A stretch of 63,878 bases of DNA, filler included, from Choristocarpus tenellus KU-1152 (taxonomy: Eukaryota; Protista; Phaeophyceae), in assembly GCA_964200185.2 (NCBI GenBank). It is 13 parts of 13 records of this genome, joined end to end, with 100 filler letters (N's around TTAATTAATTAA, not from the genome) between each part and the next. Parts side by side here need not be neighbours in the genome. Positions count along the whole stretch, not along the records: positions 11,676 to 22,315 come from CAXNAD020002810.1; positions 22,416 to 25,692 come from CAXNAD020021091.1; positions 25,793 to 31,402 come from CAXNAD020010260.1; 10 more parts are not named here. The stretch is one strand, 5' to 3'. The notes beneath the pieces are model-generated. The model was given only the letters and a program-made list of their open reading frames with translations, was not told the origin of the DNA and ran no database searches. A program made the translations under genes and the position numbers. Below are positions 13,001-26,099 of the stretch, in pieces; within the stretch, counting starts at the first letter, position 1, and every line of letters begins with the position of its first letter.

Positions 13001-15487
13001 ACAATAGCGATCTTAATGCCCATAACACCATCTCCAACGGGGACAACCCTGGCGACCAACTGGATTGTCACCCTAGGCGCTGCTCTACACATCATCCTGC
13101 TCCCCCTGCCCCATCCACATTCACCGGATCCCTACCAAGCCCCCTGGTGCTCTTTTCATTATGTTTCCCACTCACTCTGACCAAGAATGTCAGGCTTGAT
13201 ACCTTCAGTCTTTCCCATTTTTGTGGGGCTGTAGCTGTTGTGACAGAATAATAGAGACTTGTTTTTTCTTTTTTTATAATATATGAGAGGTGAATCTAAC
13301 ATCTAACCTCTACATCAAGAACTCAAACCTATCTTCCCCTTTCTTGTCACCACGAGTTCACTGTAACTTAAGTGCAAAATGATGCATATCTGGATTATAA
13401 ATATTCATCTATACCCTGGTATGATTGAACACTATTGCAGCAGCCCTTGCCACCACCAGGACCTACAACATTAATTCTGGATGGACTAACTGTGGAACTA
13501 TACACACAATCCCTCTGGCAACGTGCCTACGTCTCCCCCAACCTACTCATCCAAAGGTTGGGGTGGTACATACTATAGGTGTTCACTGTGTGGTCATGTA
13601 CTGGGTGTCTGTTGAGCAAGACTTGAACAAGGAACGCACAGAAGCCTTCTATTACCATCGCCTAGATCTTTCCGAGCGTTTCTACGACACAGGTGACATC
13701 CTCATAGACGCAGCAACGAATCATGAGTACACCTATGAGCGGGGGTGCCAGGTAGGTGGTGTCTGCAGCAGTGGTGACCTTGTTGCTGTTGCAAAATTGG
13801 GGTTGCCAATGTACCGATCAATGACACATGATTGATGGGACTCATAGATTGTATTTAGGGAGTATGCCAGGCAGAGTACACCAAGAACCTCCTTTTTTGT
13901 TACATCTGTACACGTTCGATTACAAAACCTTACTTCCCTGGAATTGGGAAGGAAGAGAGACAACATTGAGTTTATTTGTTTGCTTGCATAAGGAGCCCTC
14001 CTCTCTCTTTGTCTCTATCTCCTCCTAAATCGAGTGGCTACTGACCTGGATGCATGGTGCTGCTGGGGTAGCGCAGCAATAGTTAGTGAAGCAAACAAGC
14101 ACCAAGTACGCCACTTTACGATTTTATTTCCTGGTACAGCCAAAAGCAACATGTTGCCACTGCCTCATCATTTAACTAATGGCTGCGTTGACATGGATTC
14201 TGTGTAATAGTTGTATTACTAGAATGTAGAGGAATGTGTGTGTAAACTCATCAAAAATTGAAACTTACACATTTTTGGAATGATTTGGATGTAGGGAATA
14301 AGGAGTGACCATTCTTCGTTGTAGGTGCAATAATTATCGCTATAATTTCTTGACCGTACAACTGATATGATAAGTTTTATTTTGTTTCTTCTCATTATTC
14401 ACGCCACATAATAAAATATTATTATGCCCTCTGACATTATTCAGATGTGCCACATAATATCATTAATCTCATTAATCTCTTCTCAACCTCCAAACTCCGC
14501 CACTGGCTCCTCTCCAACAAGTACGAATGTCGGTCCATCTTTGTCTTCCAGTTATCCACAATGTCCCTAATATTTGTGAATGTGAGTTTTTCAGTCGTCA
14601 ATGTGCTGTGTCACTGCACCTTTATATTGAACCATTGCTACTTGTTCGGGTTCCATATTCTGCAATGTATGTATATACAACTATTATCATTCACATATGT
14701 TGGTTCTTGAATTCTGCATTGAGTATAATACAGCTAGATCGTATTCTTCTTTCATCTTCCTTGCGGACCCTGGCGCAAAGACGTAAGGACACTGACTTGG
14801 ACGATGGAACCTGGGTTCGAACAATTACATATTCAAGAATCAATGACTTGACATAAACAAATTCTTGGGTCTATATTTCTGAATCTCTATAGTAGTAAAA
14901 AATCTTACTTACTACATACTCTTACGTATGTACAGTTGTACACAGTTTTTCTTGTTTACTATACCAACAGCTGTCATTCGACTACAGAATATTTTCAATC
15001 TTATATGATTGTTGGACATATTTTCATTCAATAATTTCTACACAACATTCGAAGAGGTCGACAATCAACACTATCCTAGTTCCTATTTCATGCTAGTACG
15101 TAATCGAGTCTTGTTGGGTGTATGGTCGAGTTATACCGACGGAGGAAGATTTCAATCTGGAAAATCATAACTTTCCGTCCACCGGTGAACGGAGAACGGA
15201 GAGGAGACCAGGGAGGGGACACCGACGCACATCGAGGACATCAAGGTTTTTGTTTCAGTAGGACAACAAAGAACGTGAGTGAGAGGTTGGAGGGAAGGAC
15301 TTATTTCTATCTGGACTAGTTTTCCACTGGTGTTCATTTGTTCCTCCGAACTATCACAGTTCACATTGAATCCCAAAAGTTCTACTCCTTCGTTGGTGGA
15401 GTCGAGGATTCTGAGACTCGGTGGGGATTGATGTACTTAAGAACCTGTGACCCATTCGACTGTTACTGATCTCGAAAGGCGAATGAA

Positions 15488-18400
15488 ATGACGGAAGGGG
15501 TCAGTAGGTGTTGTGAAGCAGAGGGGTGCCATCGTCAGCCATCCTATGGGACGACATGGAAGAAGGTCAGCGTCGTTTTATTTCTGGTGAACGTGCATAG
15601 AGTGTGTTCATTGTGCTTGGATGTCTGAGGGGCTTATCGGATTTGCGCCTTGCTGATTCACTAAGACGTTTTCTTGGAAGCTTTTCCCCCTGTTTAATGT
15701 ATATACTCGTTCCCAAAGTTTTGCGAAGTACGAAGTAATTTCTATATCTATCGGACTGGAAAACCATGAGAACGGTTTGTCCGAAGCCATATACATCCCC
15801 AAAGTTGACCTTAAAACTAAAAATGGGTAGGTTGAAACTTCTAGCAAATTCGAGAGGCTTAATCTCTACTAGGGTTACATTCCCCTACAAATATCGAGTC
15901 AGGACGGGGTCAGGCCTCGGTGTGGCGACATCCAATTATTTAATGTGGAACCTCGACGATTGGTAGGCCTTCAGAGGGACGTCGTTGATCTTGTGATCAC
16001 TGGGTCGCGGCTTACTTCATTCAACGTTCCCGTGCACTCAGGAGTATTGGGGCATCCCAACCGTTTGAGCTTTTATTACCTAACAAAAACTCGCAGAAGG
16101 GACCACATAGATTGTGCGGTCATATCGCGTTCGTTGCTGACGTTGATTATCTTTGCCAAACTGAGCTCGTTTCTTCTCGCGCATGATAGGGGGGCACGTT
16201 CTGGAAGTGTTAGCTTGGCATGCATCAGTGCCAGCCTCATCAATTATACCAAAAGATGCTGCAATCCTCCTGTAAAGGTATCTACATAAGGAGAAAGTAG
16301 TAGCTAGAAAGTAGTAGCTATCGCTAGAAGCGAACCTGTGGATAGTCGTAACTATTGCCAAAAAACCCAACAACGCTAACTGGGGTACTTTTGCAGGAGG
16401 AACTAGTTGTAGATATGAAAATGGCAAGTGAAAGTGGATTGCTGTGAGGACGAATAATTGGTTTTGTATTCTACAATCTGTTCTAGGACAAGTGACCATC
16501 ATCATGCAAATATCACATGTGGATAGAGAAGCCCCCCCTCCACGGCACTGCATGCTGTTGCTAGAGACTTTCGTCTTGTTTTACATCAATATGATGGGAA
16601 ATGCTGGAACAGTCTTGGATGCAACCTATGTCAAACAATCGGCTGCATAGTTGCTCGGATGGATTGCTGCCTCTTGGCCGTCCCTTACTCTTCCCACCCC
16701 ATCACCCTCATATCCTGTCCATGCAGCCACGCTTCTGTTCAGCCCACAAGCTGAAGGGTATGGTTGATGTCCGTAACAAGCCCTGCAAGGAGTTGGGGTG
16801 CAGGCGTCAGCCCAGCTACGGGTATGAGGGACAGCGACGAGAGTTCTGCTTTGCGCACAAGCGGGAGGGTATGGTTGATGTCAAGTCCACCAGATGCAAG
16901 AGCTCAGGGTGTGTCAAGCACGCGCTATATGGTGAGCCTGGAGAGATGCCCCAGTTCTGTGTTGCTCATAAGTCAGCAACCATGCTGGACGTGAAGAAGC
17001 GCCGCCGATGCATACATGAGGGCTGTGATCGACGGGCAAGCTATGACTTTCCTGGGCACAAACCCAACCACTGCGCATCTCACAAGCAGCTAGGCATGGT
17101 TAACGTCAACAACCGAAGGTTGGTGTTCGAGATGTTCAATAATTTGTCTACATAGCGCCATATGTTGATCTTTGTTCCTTTGTGAATAAACCCTCTCCAG
17201 GACTTGCTGCAAGACTTACAGACTTGCTTCCGAATGAGAACCTGCTTGCCCTGGGTTATCTTGATACATCCCTAATGTGTGACCATTTTCCAATCCCTGC
17301 AATCTTTGCCAGGTGTCAGTATTCTGGCTGCCATAGACGACCATACTTTGCTATCGAGGGAAAGAAACCTCAGTTCTGTTTTGCTCACAAGACAGACCAA
17401 ATGTTGGACATCCGTCTTGTGGGAGGCTACAAGCGCACTTCCTGTGAGATGAAGAGTGATTCCCCCTTGGCCAAGACACAGCGAAAGCTTGTTGCCTCGT
17501 CTCCCCAGTCCCTGGCAATCCAATGTGTGGCATCCGAGAGAGAAGAGCCACGAGCAGGGTTTGTCAATGACCTTTTCCAAAAGATTGATCCTTGTGGGAG
17601 GGCCAGTCGGGTGGGAAGCAGCAGAGCTATATGGAGCCATCATCATGGCAAGAGTGAGAAACCTGGTTCCAAGGGCAGCACCAGCGTTAGTAACGCTGCA
17701 CCAGCTACAGCTTCCCCTACGGTTGCTCCCTCACATGGCTGCTGTCTTTCAAGACCAACTCCACCTGAACCCTACCAAGATTCCATAAAGCACCCTGACT
17801 ATTCTGGGGGTATTGCGGCCGTCTCTCGGTTATCAGCAGTGTTGTCTGATCAGGTTTTACATCCAGTACGCCGCCGTCCACATCGAGTTGTTGATTTGCT
17901 CTCCCCAGAAGATAGCTCAAATGCTATGTCAGGAGCAAGTCAATTTTCCCAGGACAGTGATATATGTGGGAGAGTTGCTAATGAGAGCGTCAAACCCAAG
18001 CTTGATATCAGCAACAGACTTTCCAACTTACCTCTCCCTACCATTGCTTCAAGTCGACAGTATGAGCCAGTCCAGAGCCAAGGGTTTTGGGCCCTCCCTC
18101 AGCATCATGCCCAAGACATCCATCCAATATCAAAATATAAGGTTCTTGGACATCTCAAGCCTCTCATGCATCACCCCCATCAGGAGGTGGAGACGAGAGG
18201 ACATCAGACAGTGTCGGGGCGTGTGTGGCAACACCAGGTTGGGGGAGGATGGGATAGTTGGCAAGAGCAATGGCAGAGTTCAGAGCAAAGTCATCCCGAT
18301 CATTCTATCAGGAATGTGGGCTACACTGACAACAGTGACTATCGCTCCAACTTCAGAGGTCTCCAAGCTCATCAACCCATTACCCTTCCCCCCCTTCATG

Positions 18401-18903
18401 GTAAAGTACCTGACAGTCAAGGGCAGGGCTCAATCAGTTGCCAAAGACAAGTTCAGCGACCACAGCAAGCTCGTTTCATCTCTGCAAGTGGGAACATACG
18501 AAGCAAATCCTACGGTCACAAGATTGCCTTGAAGGTAGCCACTGCACCAGCACTGGCAATACCCGAGGTATCAACAGATATTGCAACCCCGGATCATGCT
18601 GGATGGGAAGCACCACCATGTGGCAGCCTCACTGTGGAACCCATCACATTGGAGAAAAATCTATCCTTCAAATCCACCACAACCCACGCCAAAGTAGGAG
18701 GATTGCTCATTGAGCATGGGTTGTGCAGAGGGCGGTCCTGCAGTGGGGAGGAGGGTTGCCAGCCAGGAAATGGTCAGGGAGCTGCCAGATTATGGCCGGC
18801 TTGCCCTCGGGACAATGGACCCCAAGGTTTACTCGCGTTTGGCCGGCATACTGGAGGCAAGGGTGAGGCCTACTTCCAGCAAAACTATTCTTCACAAATA
18901 TAA
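15488..18903 (+). CDS. EsV-1-7 cysteine-rich repeat protein (about 686 aa, five repeats, then a disordered C-terminus)
   Basis: Exons 15488-15565 (MTEGVSRCCEAEGCHRQPSYGTTWKK), 16727-17118 and 17313-18903 splice in phase (78+392+1591 nt). The motif C-x3-GC-x4-Y-x8-C-x2-HK-x3-M-x-D/N-V/I occurs five times. Confidence 0.9.
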
Positions 18904-20621
18904 TAGTGTCTCTGGCTCGTTGCCTATGCAGTCACCACAGCACGTAATTTGTAGAGCAGAAGCAGGCTTTGAAAAAGCTACCTGCCTGTTGAGATGATAG
19001 AGGAACACTTTTCTAGTATGAGAAAATGTAAAGGTGAGTGGGTAGGTGTCAAGGTGTACATTTGCTGCTTTGTGTATGTGTGTATTTAAAATCTTATTTT
19101 CTTCTTGAAGGGGCATGCATTGAAATGTATGATCTTAGAAATTTCTCCATCATATATTACATTCCATTTTTGTAGTATGTGACCATGATAAGGGAAAAAA
19201 TGCTTGTCTCAATATAGTGTAATGAGTGGCAGATACTGTTGCATCATGCACGTCTTGACTGTACTTTTCTTATTTTCAGTATTTTGCATCTTCAGGTATA
19301 TATGGCTGATATCCCCAAGTGTGCTTGCCCTTACTGCTGTCGTTGTACTGCATGGCAAATCACGTCCAGTACTTCTGTAAGCAGCAAGGTGATGCCGTTC
19401 ATCTGTCAACCTGTTATAATTTATTATTTCGTTTTTGTGTTCCCGAATACAACACACTTTGTTCTCTTTCTTCTCATTAGGGAACGATGGCCATTGGACA
19501 TAGTTCTATGCTTGATGTGTTATAATTTACCTGCCATTTTTATCGTGGAAATATGTGGGTTCTTTCTATAGTCTTGTTCGGTGATCATATCAGGATCATT
19601 TATGGGGGTGGTGTGACAATAGGAGCGGTGCAGAAGAGTGAAATGGCTGGGTATTTAATAGCTTGGTTTTGAGTTTGAGCCGTGTCTACTTGACATGGCT
19701 AGTGCTCCCTCGGCAGCTCGTTTGAGTTGTTACGTTTTTTCCTTTTGCTTGTGTGCAATTCCCTCGCAGTTCAATGTTGTGCCTTTGAGAGTTCTGGACA
19801 TTAGATGACTGTTCAGATTATCCTCACAGTATCTAGCTGTTTGCTTGTTCCTTGGAGTATGCGCCACTCTCTTCGCACATAGTTTTGTATGCTGTATTTT
19901 TATTCCCAAGGAGTCTGGAGGGCATGTTTTCCTCCACCATTCTTTATTCAGGGTTGATGTAAGATGATAGATGGCTTAACCTGCATGTGTGTATGTGTGT
20001 GTAAACAATTTCGGGTGCACTGCTTGCCCACTTTGTCCCCCCCCTCAAAAAAGGAAAGTACTCCGAACAGAGGAAGGCTTGAATGTACAAAGCATTCAGT
20101 ATACATGTAATGTTGAAAGGTGGAATATATTGTTAAAACAATTTCACTTTAGTAACGACGAGTTTGGATATTCATACTTCAAGCAACTTCTGACTCTGCC
20201 CTCCCTCAGGGATGGATATAAAAGATCAAGGACGCCGATTTATAATGATCATTACACAGATGACTAATTGTGAGACAAATAGGACCCTCAAACACCCTGG
20301 ACTCACTACAAAGTATCGTTGAACTAATCACATCGCCTAGTATTAAGCAGGGCAAGATCACCTGATCTACGTTTTGTTGATCTGTTCTTGAGTCAGCAGC
20401 TAACACGAAACCAATTGAATTCAGAGTGAGTCGTTCAAACTCAGAGTGTGATCACTTAGAAATTGGTGTTTCTTGGTCACTAAGTTCTGTGGGAATAAGA
20501 AAAGTTGAAATTCCTTTTGGATGGTGGAGCGAATATCCTGATGCACATGGTAGAGTTTGTCATTGATGGGGACTGGGAGGCCCAATCTGGAGCCATGTCT
20601 TACGCTTGTGCATTCTCTGTT

Positions 20622-20876
20622 GAGCTAAAGTAAACGAGAGGTGCCCAGGTTTTGGTCGTTTTGCATTATAGGTCAGTTTTTCAATCTTTTGCAATTCGCC
20701 CATATTTCTATGGATGAAGTGCTAAATTTGAGTTGAGAGGGTTGATTTCCCTATTTTATATTTTTTAACAAAATTTGTAAGATACGATACACGCGTTAGT
20801 AAAAAAGCCGAATTTTGCACAAATTTGCTGGCATCCTTAAAACGCAACTCTGGGTACCTCTCGTTTGCTTCGACTC
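20622..20876 (+). mobile_element. MITE family C, full-length copy
   Basis: TIRs GAGCTAAAGTAAACGAGAGGTGCCCAG / CTGGGTACCTCTCGTTTGCTTCGACTC. GTT on both flanks. Homologous to 35922-36187. Confidence 0.88.
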
Positions 20877-22145
20877 GTTAACATTTTAAGTGTTCACCTA
20901 CCTCACTCAGTGACGATGATATTGCCTGTTACTTGTTTTTCTTAGCTCTGTTGTTGTCAACAACATTATTCTTATATAATCCTTATATTTATCATTCTGA
21001 AGTACTAATAATGGTGTTGAACTCTTGAATAACTACAACAGATGATGATGAGTAGTTGAATAATAATAAAAATATCGATAGTAGTAGTAGTGGTGGTGTT
21101 GAAGGAAACGATGGTAATAACGAGAACAAGAAGAACAATGCCAAGTACGGAAGTAGTAGTACCAGTAGTAGTAGTAGAAGTACTGAGGGACGGATATGTT
21201 GAAGGGATGTATAATGTCGAACCAGACGCTGTCAGCTGTGCCAAAACATCACGACAACAACAATGACGACGTTTTCTCACTGAAACTGGCCTTTACTCAT
21301 ATGCCATCAAGTCCCAAATGCGACTATGCAGCAGCAACAATGTGAGGCTTTTACATAATAGGAAGGACAACAAAAATATATATTGCAGAGGGATTATTAA
21401 TAATAATAGCAAAACCGTTTATGACACGAGGAAAGGGGGGGGGTGCAATGGAATTTCTTATTTCTGGACGGGTTCAAATATTGCTCAAGTACGACGGATG
21501 GATAGCGATATCGAGAGGTCGACAATGACAGCGGCAATAACAGACGTCGTCCATAGTGGATTGTCTCTACGACAAGGACTGAGTACAATGGCCTCTTGAA
21601 CAAGTCCAGAAACAATGACGGTGCTTCAAAATTTGACTACACAAGGAGGAAGAAGATGATGATGCAAAAATATTATAGAATATAAAACGCAAGAAATAGT
21701 AATACAATGGAACAGGAACGATAATAGTATTCTAAGATGTTATTTACGTGAGATCACCCTCTTTACGTGTATATGGCGTATTGGGTTTTGCTCTTACTTA
21801 CGCTTAAATGTCCAAACGCTCGAGGAGCAGGCGTTTACCTCGCACTTGTTCTAAACATGCACATTTATTTGGCTTTCAGTAGACAGGTTTAAAATATCTG
21901 ATTCAATAGACCAGAAGATAGGACCAAAACAGATTCAACAGAGCAGAAAATATCCAAGAAAAAGCATGGGGATTCTGCTCCTTGAGAGGTGTATAATCTT
22001 ATGGTACTAAGGCCCAGTTTCTTGTAACTTACATACGCGTAGGTACGTATTTAACATTTTCGGTAGCAGTGACATTAGCAAACCCACCTAATGCACTAAT
22101 AAGTACTTGGAAGCAGCACGGAGGAGGACAACATAGACGGTAGAT

Positions 22146-22315
22146 GGTTCAAAATATCTGGGGGGGGTGGCGGCTGTCCATTTGGGGTCAATTTTTTCAT
22201 GTCGCGATTTTTGGGTTATTTGGTTGCAGACATCGAATGGATAATGTAAATGCACTTTTCTTGATTTTGATTTTGGTCCTAATGAACACCCTGTTGTAGA
22301 TTCCTTCCCCTTCTC
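22146..22315 (+). mobile_element. MITE family B copy, truncated at gap
   Basis: GGTTCAAAATATCTG(G)nTGGCGGCTGTCCATTTGGGGTCAATTTTTTCAT matches 37617-37795. Confidence 0.85.
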
Positions 22316-22415
22316 NNNNNNNNNNNNNNNNNNNNNNNNNNNNNNNNNNNNNNNNNNNNTTAATTAATTAANNNNNNNNNNNNNNNNNNNNNNNNNNNNN
22401 NNNNNNNNNNNNNNN

Positions 22416-22740
22416 GGGGCAGGGTGTACAAGGGGAAGGCCCAAGAGGAGATGGGGAGATTAGGATAGGGATAGAGTTTAAGGAAGATTTGTATAGGTGG
22501 AGGTGGGGGTAGAACATGGGCTGGCAGAGGAGGGAGAAAACGTGAGTTCCCCCTTCTTGAGGGTTTGTGTCAAAGTCCCCAAGGATGAATTGGTACTCAG
22601 ATGCTAATTTCTCAGCAGTAGGGGGGTACAATGTAGAGACGGGTAAGTAGTGGAGGTTTGAATTTCCAGAACAAGTGAAGGGTGACATTACATGTAGTGT
22701 AATTAAGGGAGAAGAAGGGAGCATATCATTCACTGTCTAA
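22416..22740 (-). mobile_element. Possible decayed LINE AP-endonuclease relic
   Basis: FILGDFDT resembles the APE (L/M)GDFN motif. The region is strongly CpG-depleted. Single motif only. Confidence 0.25.
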
Positions 22741-23079
22741 GAGTTGCTAGGAATGGTAATGAATGCATGGATACTGGTCATGAAGGTGAAAGGGAAGGCA
22801 GACAAGAAGGGAGATCCAGTTTTACTTAGAGGGGACAACCACTATGTAGTGTATTGATGTTGTAAGTGTGGGGGGGCGCAGGATAGGAGGGTGGGGGGGA
22901 TTGATGAGAATAATGAGGATATAGGAGACAGCATGGGAATGGTCATTCACAGCGGAACACGTTGCATGGAGAAAGAATGACCTAGCAGTTAGTGTATTGA
23001 GGTGAAAGAGGGACGAGATTCAAACTAACCTGTGACTTGTTTGCCCACGTATTGACTGGCAAGAACAGCCCCTGGGTGG

Positions 23080-23260
23080 GGCAGGGAAGATGGTGTGTCC
23101 GAGTGCCTCGCAGCATTGTACGCCAGAGGATCGGTTGCGCCATCTACTCAGGAGTGTTATGAAGAAGCTTGGGACCAATGGTCTGAGTTCCATACATAAT
23201 GAGGATTGAGTAGGTGGTTAGACCCTGGGAGTCGAAAGATAGATGTAGTGAAGACCCTAG
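23080..23260 (+). mobile_element. Tyrosine-recombinase element relic (N-terminal core-binding region)
   Basis: Translates as LYARGSVAPSTQECYEEAWDQWSEFHT**, like the S(L/V)APST..Y..AW..W..F start of DIRS/Ngaro/Crypton recombinases. Confidence 0.5.
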
Positions 23261-24829
23261 TAGAGTTTATGTATAGTGAAGGCCCTAGCAGAATTTAAGT
23301 GTTTCTAGTGCCGAAGTATAGGGGAATAAGTAAGTACAGTTAAGGGTAAGATAGCAGCAACCCAATCCGATTATAAACATGTCATCAACTTCAAACTCCC
23401 CACACAACATGTCATGATCCAATCGGTGCTCAAAGGGATAGGGAGGAGTCATACAAAAGTAGGGAGCGAGCCCAGTAAGAGGAGACCCCTACCCTAACAT
23501 GGAGAATGATTGTAGAGACAAATAAAGGCTCTGAAATGCTAGGTATGGAAGGTAAACTGAGAAGGCTAGGTTTGGGTTTCTCGTCTGTTTAGTCAGAGAC
23601 TTAGAATTGCGGGCCTAGGATGAAGGGGGAGGAGTACATGGAGATTTTGCAGTAAGGAGGGACATAGTATGGAGGAGGAGAGTAGAAAGTTTAAGGTGGG
23701 AGGATAGACACCAGGCAGAAAAAGTAGAGGTAACATTTACAGGGTCAAAAGGAATGTTAGTTAAAACCCGAGGAGTATGCCTTGCATTCAGGGAGGATAG
23801 GGGGAGCCACGAGAGTGGCGAACATGGGGATATCAGAACTAGTAATACAGTGGGAAGGAAGAGGGAAGGAAGAGGGCGTTTATGATGTACGTTAGGACAA
23901 ACCAGAAGGATTAAGTGTCAGTGTTAGAGGGCTTGGCAGAGAGTAGGAAGGATTGGGTACAACCAGGTCAGGAGGTAATGAGATGAGAGAGAAGAAATCC
24001 ACCCCGAAAGGGGAGGGGAGGTCAAGTTACGGTGGGGTAGATGTCTTCTTGGATGATTGTGGAGTGGTGTTCAGTGGTGTGATAACTGCTGTGGGGTTGA
24101 GGGGAGTGGGAACTTGTGTGAGTTGAAAGGATGGCTGGCAATCAGTGACAAAGGGCATTCGCACTGGTTGGTCATCAAATGGGGAATAGAGGATAGAGGA
24201 ATAGCAAATTAGGAATGAGCAAATAATAATAATCCAGAATTCGTGAGCAAAAAAACTTACACTTTGGAGATGTGTCAAAAAAAAAAATGAAAAACCATTC
24301 GTATGTCAAAACAACCCCTGAAAAAGTAAAAGTTGTCATAAATTTGACAAACATTTTTTTGTATTTTATTTGTATCTGTCGTCAGTACCACAGCCGTGAG
24401 TCAGGGTCCAATTAGTTGTACAGGGTGTTCGGAATCACCAGCTATGTCATGATGGGGTGCTTTCAGTAATCCAAGCCTCTCTCAAGCATCAAATCTTAGG
24501 AGAAGTTTGAATGGAATCTCAGATCCGATGAGAGACGTAACATCTTAATGACTGTCAACTATAACTGGTCTAACAATTCTCAACTGTGTTTGATGTTGAT
24601 CAATGAAAAAAGAAATGTGCGCGCAATGCACTTGTGTGTGCGCGCGGATGTGGATTGGACTGACATCAGTTCTTAAAAAGGGACCTAGGGTATGTGTTTG
24701 CACAGAATGAAATTCACTATGCTGCCTTTTTTGAAGACTGTAAGAAAATTCTCTACGAAAATCGGTGTGTGCCAAATGAAATTCATGTATGGTCCAGAAA
24801 AAATGAAAAAAATAAGAAACGCCACCCGA

Positions 24830-24920
24830 ACGAAGGTGATGAGCAAATCCAAACCATCTTCAGCGTGGTTAGTGGCGCCCCCGTGACGAAAAGAGCGGCC
24901 TGCCACAGCCCGTGCTAGCC
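24830..24920 (-). mobile_element. Tyrosine-recombinase catalytic-motif relic
   Basis: AGRSFRHGGATNHAEDGLD resembles the GHSFRxGGAT box, with the conserved His replaced by Arg. Confidence 0.5.
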
Positions 24921-24929
24921 TCGGTCTAT

Positions 24930-25408
24930 TTCAACCCTTCCCTGGACATTCCTCAGTGGACCAGTTCAATAAATACCTAGTGGACATGGACTGGGACATG
25001 TTAAATAACTGTCGGATCGGTCATGTCGATCTGTCTTCAAAGTCCCCAAGGCCCAAAGAACGGGTATGAGAAGGAATCTCATAGATGGAAGGGAGGGAAT
25101 ACAATCCGTGCTTTGCGTTCATGTCAGGGAGGGATTGCAACTTCTCCAATCGCAATGGGTACTGCAAGTTCAACCGTTTTGAAGAATGGGAAACCAGGGG
25201 AAACCAGGCAAGGATGTGGAGGAGAAGAATAAAGGGGGAAAGGAAAGGAGACATCAATCAAGCAGAAGGACCCCTAAGGACTTGGGCCCATCCCCCACAG
25301 GGGTGGGCTGGTAAAACAAGACCCCTGGAAATCGATGTTGCCCCAGCTCAACTGTCTGTCAACAGGGATACCGAGACCTGGGTCACAATACCAGTCAATC
25401 CAAGGTAG
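24930..25408 (+). mobile_element. Possible DIRS/Ngaro gag relic with degenerate Cys knuckle
   Basis: PCFAFMSGRDCNFSNRNGYCKFN is a CCCH-like spacing, next to the recombinase motif relic. Confidence 0.35.
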
Positions 25409-25598
25409 AGGGGGAATTCAGAGAAGACTTGGACTGGTGGAGGTGGGAAGTAGAGTGGGGACTGACAGAAAAAAAAGGGGAAAACCTGAGTTCACTCATT
25501 TGACTGCCAACCTGTCACCTGAAAAAAAAAAAATTAAGTAGTCCAACACGAACACTAAAATATTCACATGTATGGATGTAACATATATCAGCACAAAA

Positions 25599-25692
25599 CA
25601 GGGGATTCTCAAAATTGAGGATGGAGCGGGACTATGAGGATGGGTGTTCTGCGAAAAAGGTCTTAAAAAAGTACCGAAAGCTATTTTTTTGC
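25599..25692 (+). mobile_element. Repeat family D end, truncated at gap
   Basis: CAGGGGATTCTCAAAATTGAGGATGGAG... is the inverted homologue of 6800-6888. Confidence 0.7.
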
Positions 25693-25884
25693 NNNNNNNN
25701 NNNNNNNNNNNNNNNNNNNNNNNNNNNNNNNNNNNNTTAATTAATTAANNNNNNNNNNNNNNNNNNNNNNNNNNNNNNNNNNNNNNNNNNNNATCCCCTG
25801 TTTTGTTGGTTGTTGGCTTGTTTTTTCCCCCCCCCCCCTCTCCCTTCTCTTTTTGGGGGGTTTGGGGGGGGGGGGGGGGGGGAA

Positions 25885-26099
25885 TTGACCTGTGCTGGGC
25901 ACTATACGATACTCAGACGCTTGCTGTTGCTCATGAGCCAAGGGTGGCTACGGATGATATCCGGAGGGTGCTTCTCAAGTGCTATGACAATGATGCAGAG
26001 GATGGATGGAGTGGTGAAAATGACGAGGAGGCAAAGGAATGGGGGAAGGGATGGGAGGGTCCTGACGAAGAGAAAGAAGAGAGGTCTTTAACTTCGTAA
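25885..26099 (+). CDS. Probable exon of an unidentified gene (acidic stretch)
   Basis: Open, codon-like, purine-rich stretch (TLAVAHEPRVATDDIRRVLLKCYDNDAEDGWSGENDEEAKEW...) ending in a stop or a GTAAG donor. The rest of the gene is lost in the gap. Confidence 0.35.

Noticed and set aside
13425-13835. 136-aa ORF, possibly a gypsy chromodomain relic
   Set aside because: Only a vague resemblance with no diagnostic motif intact.
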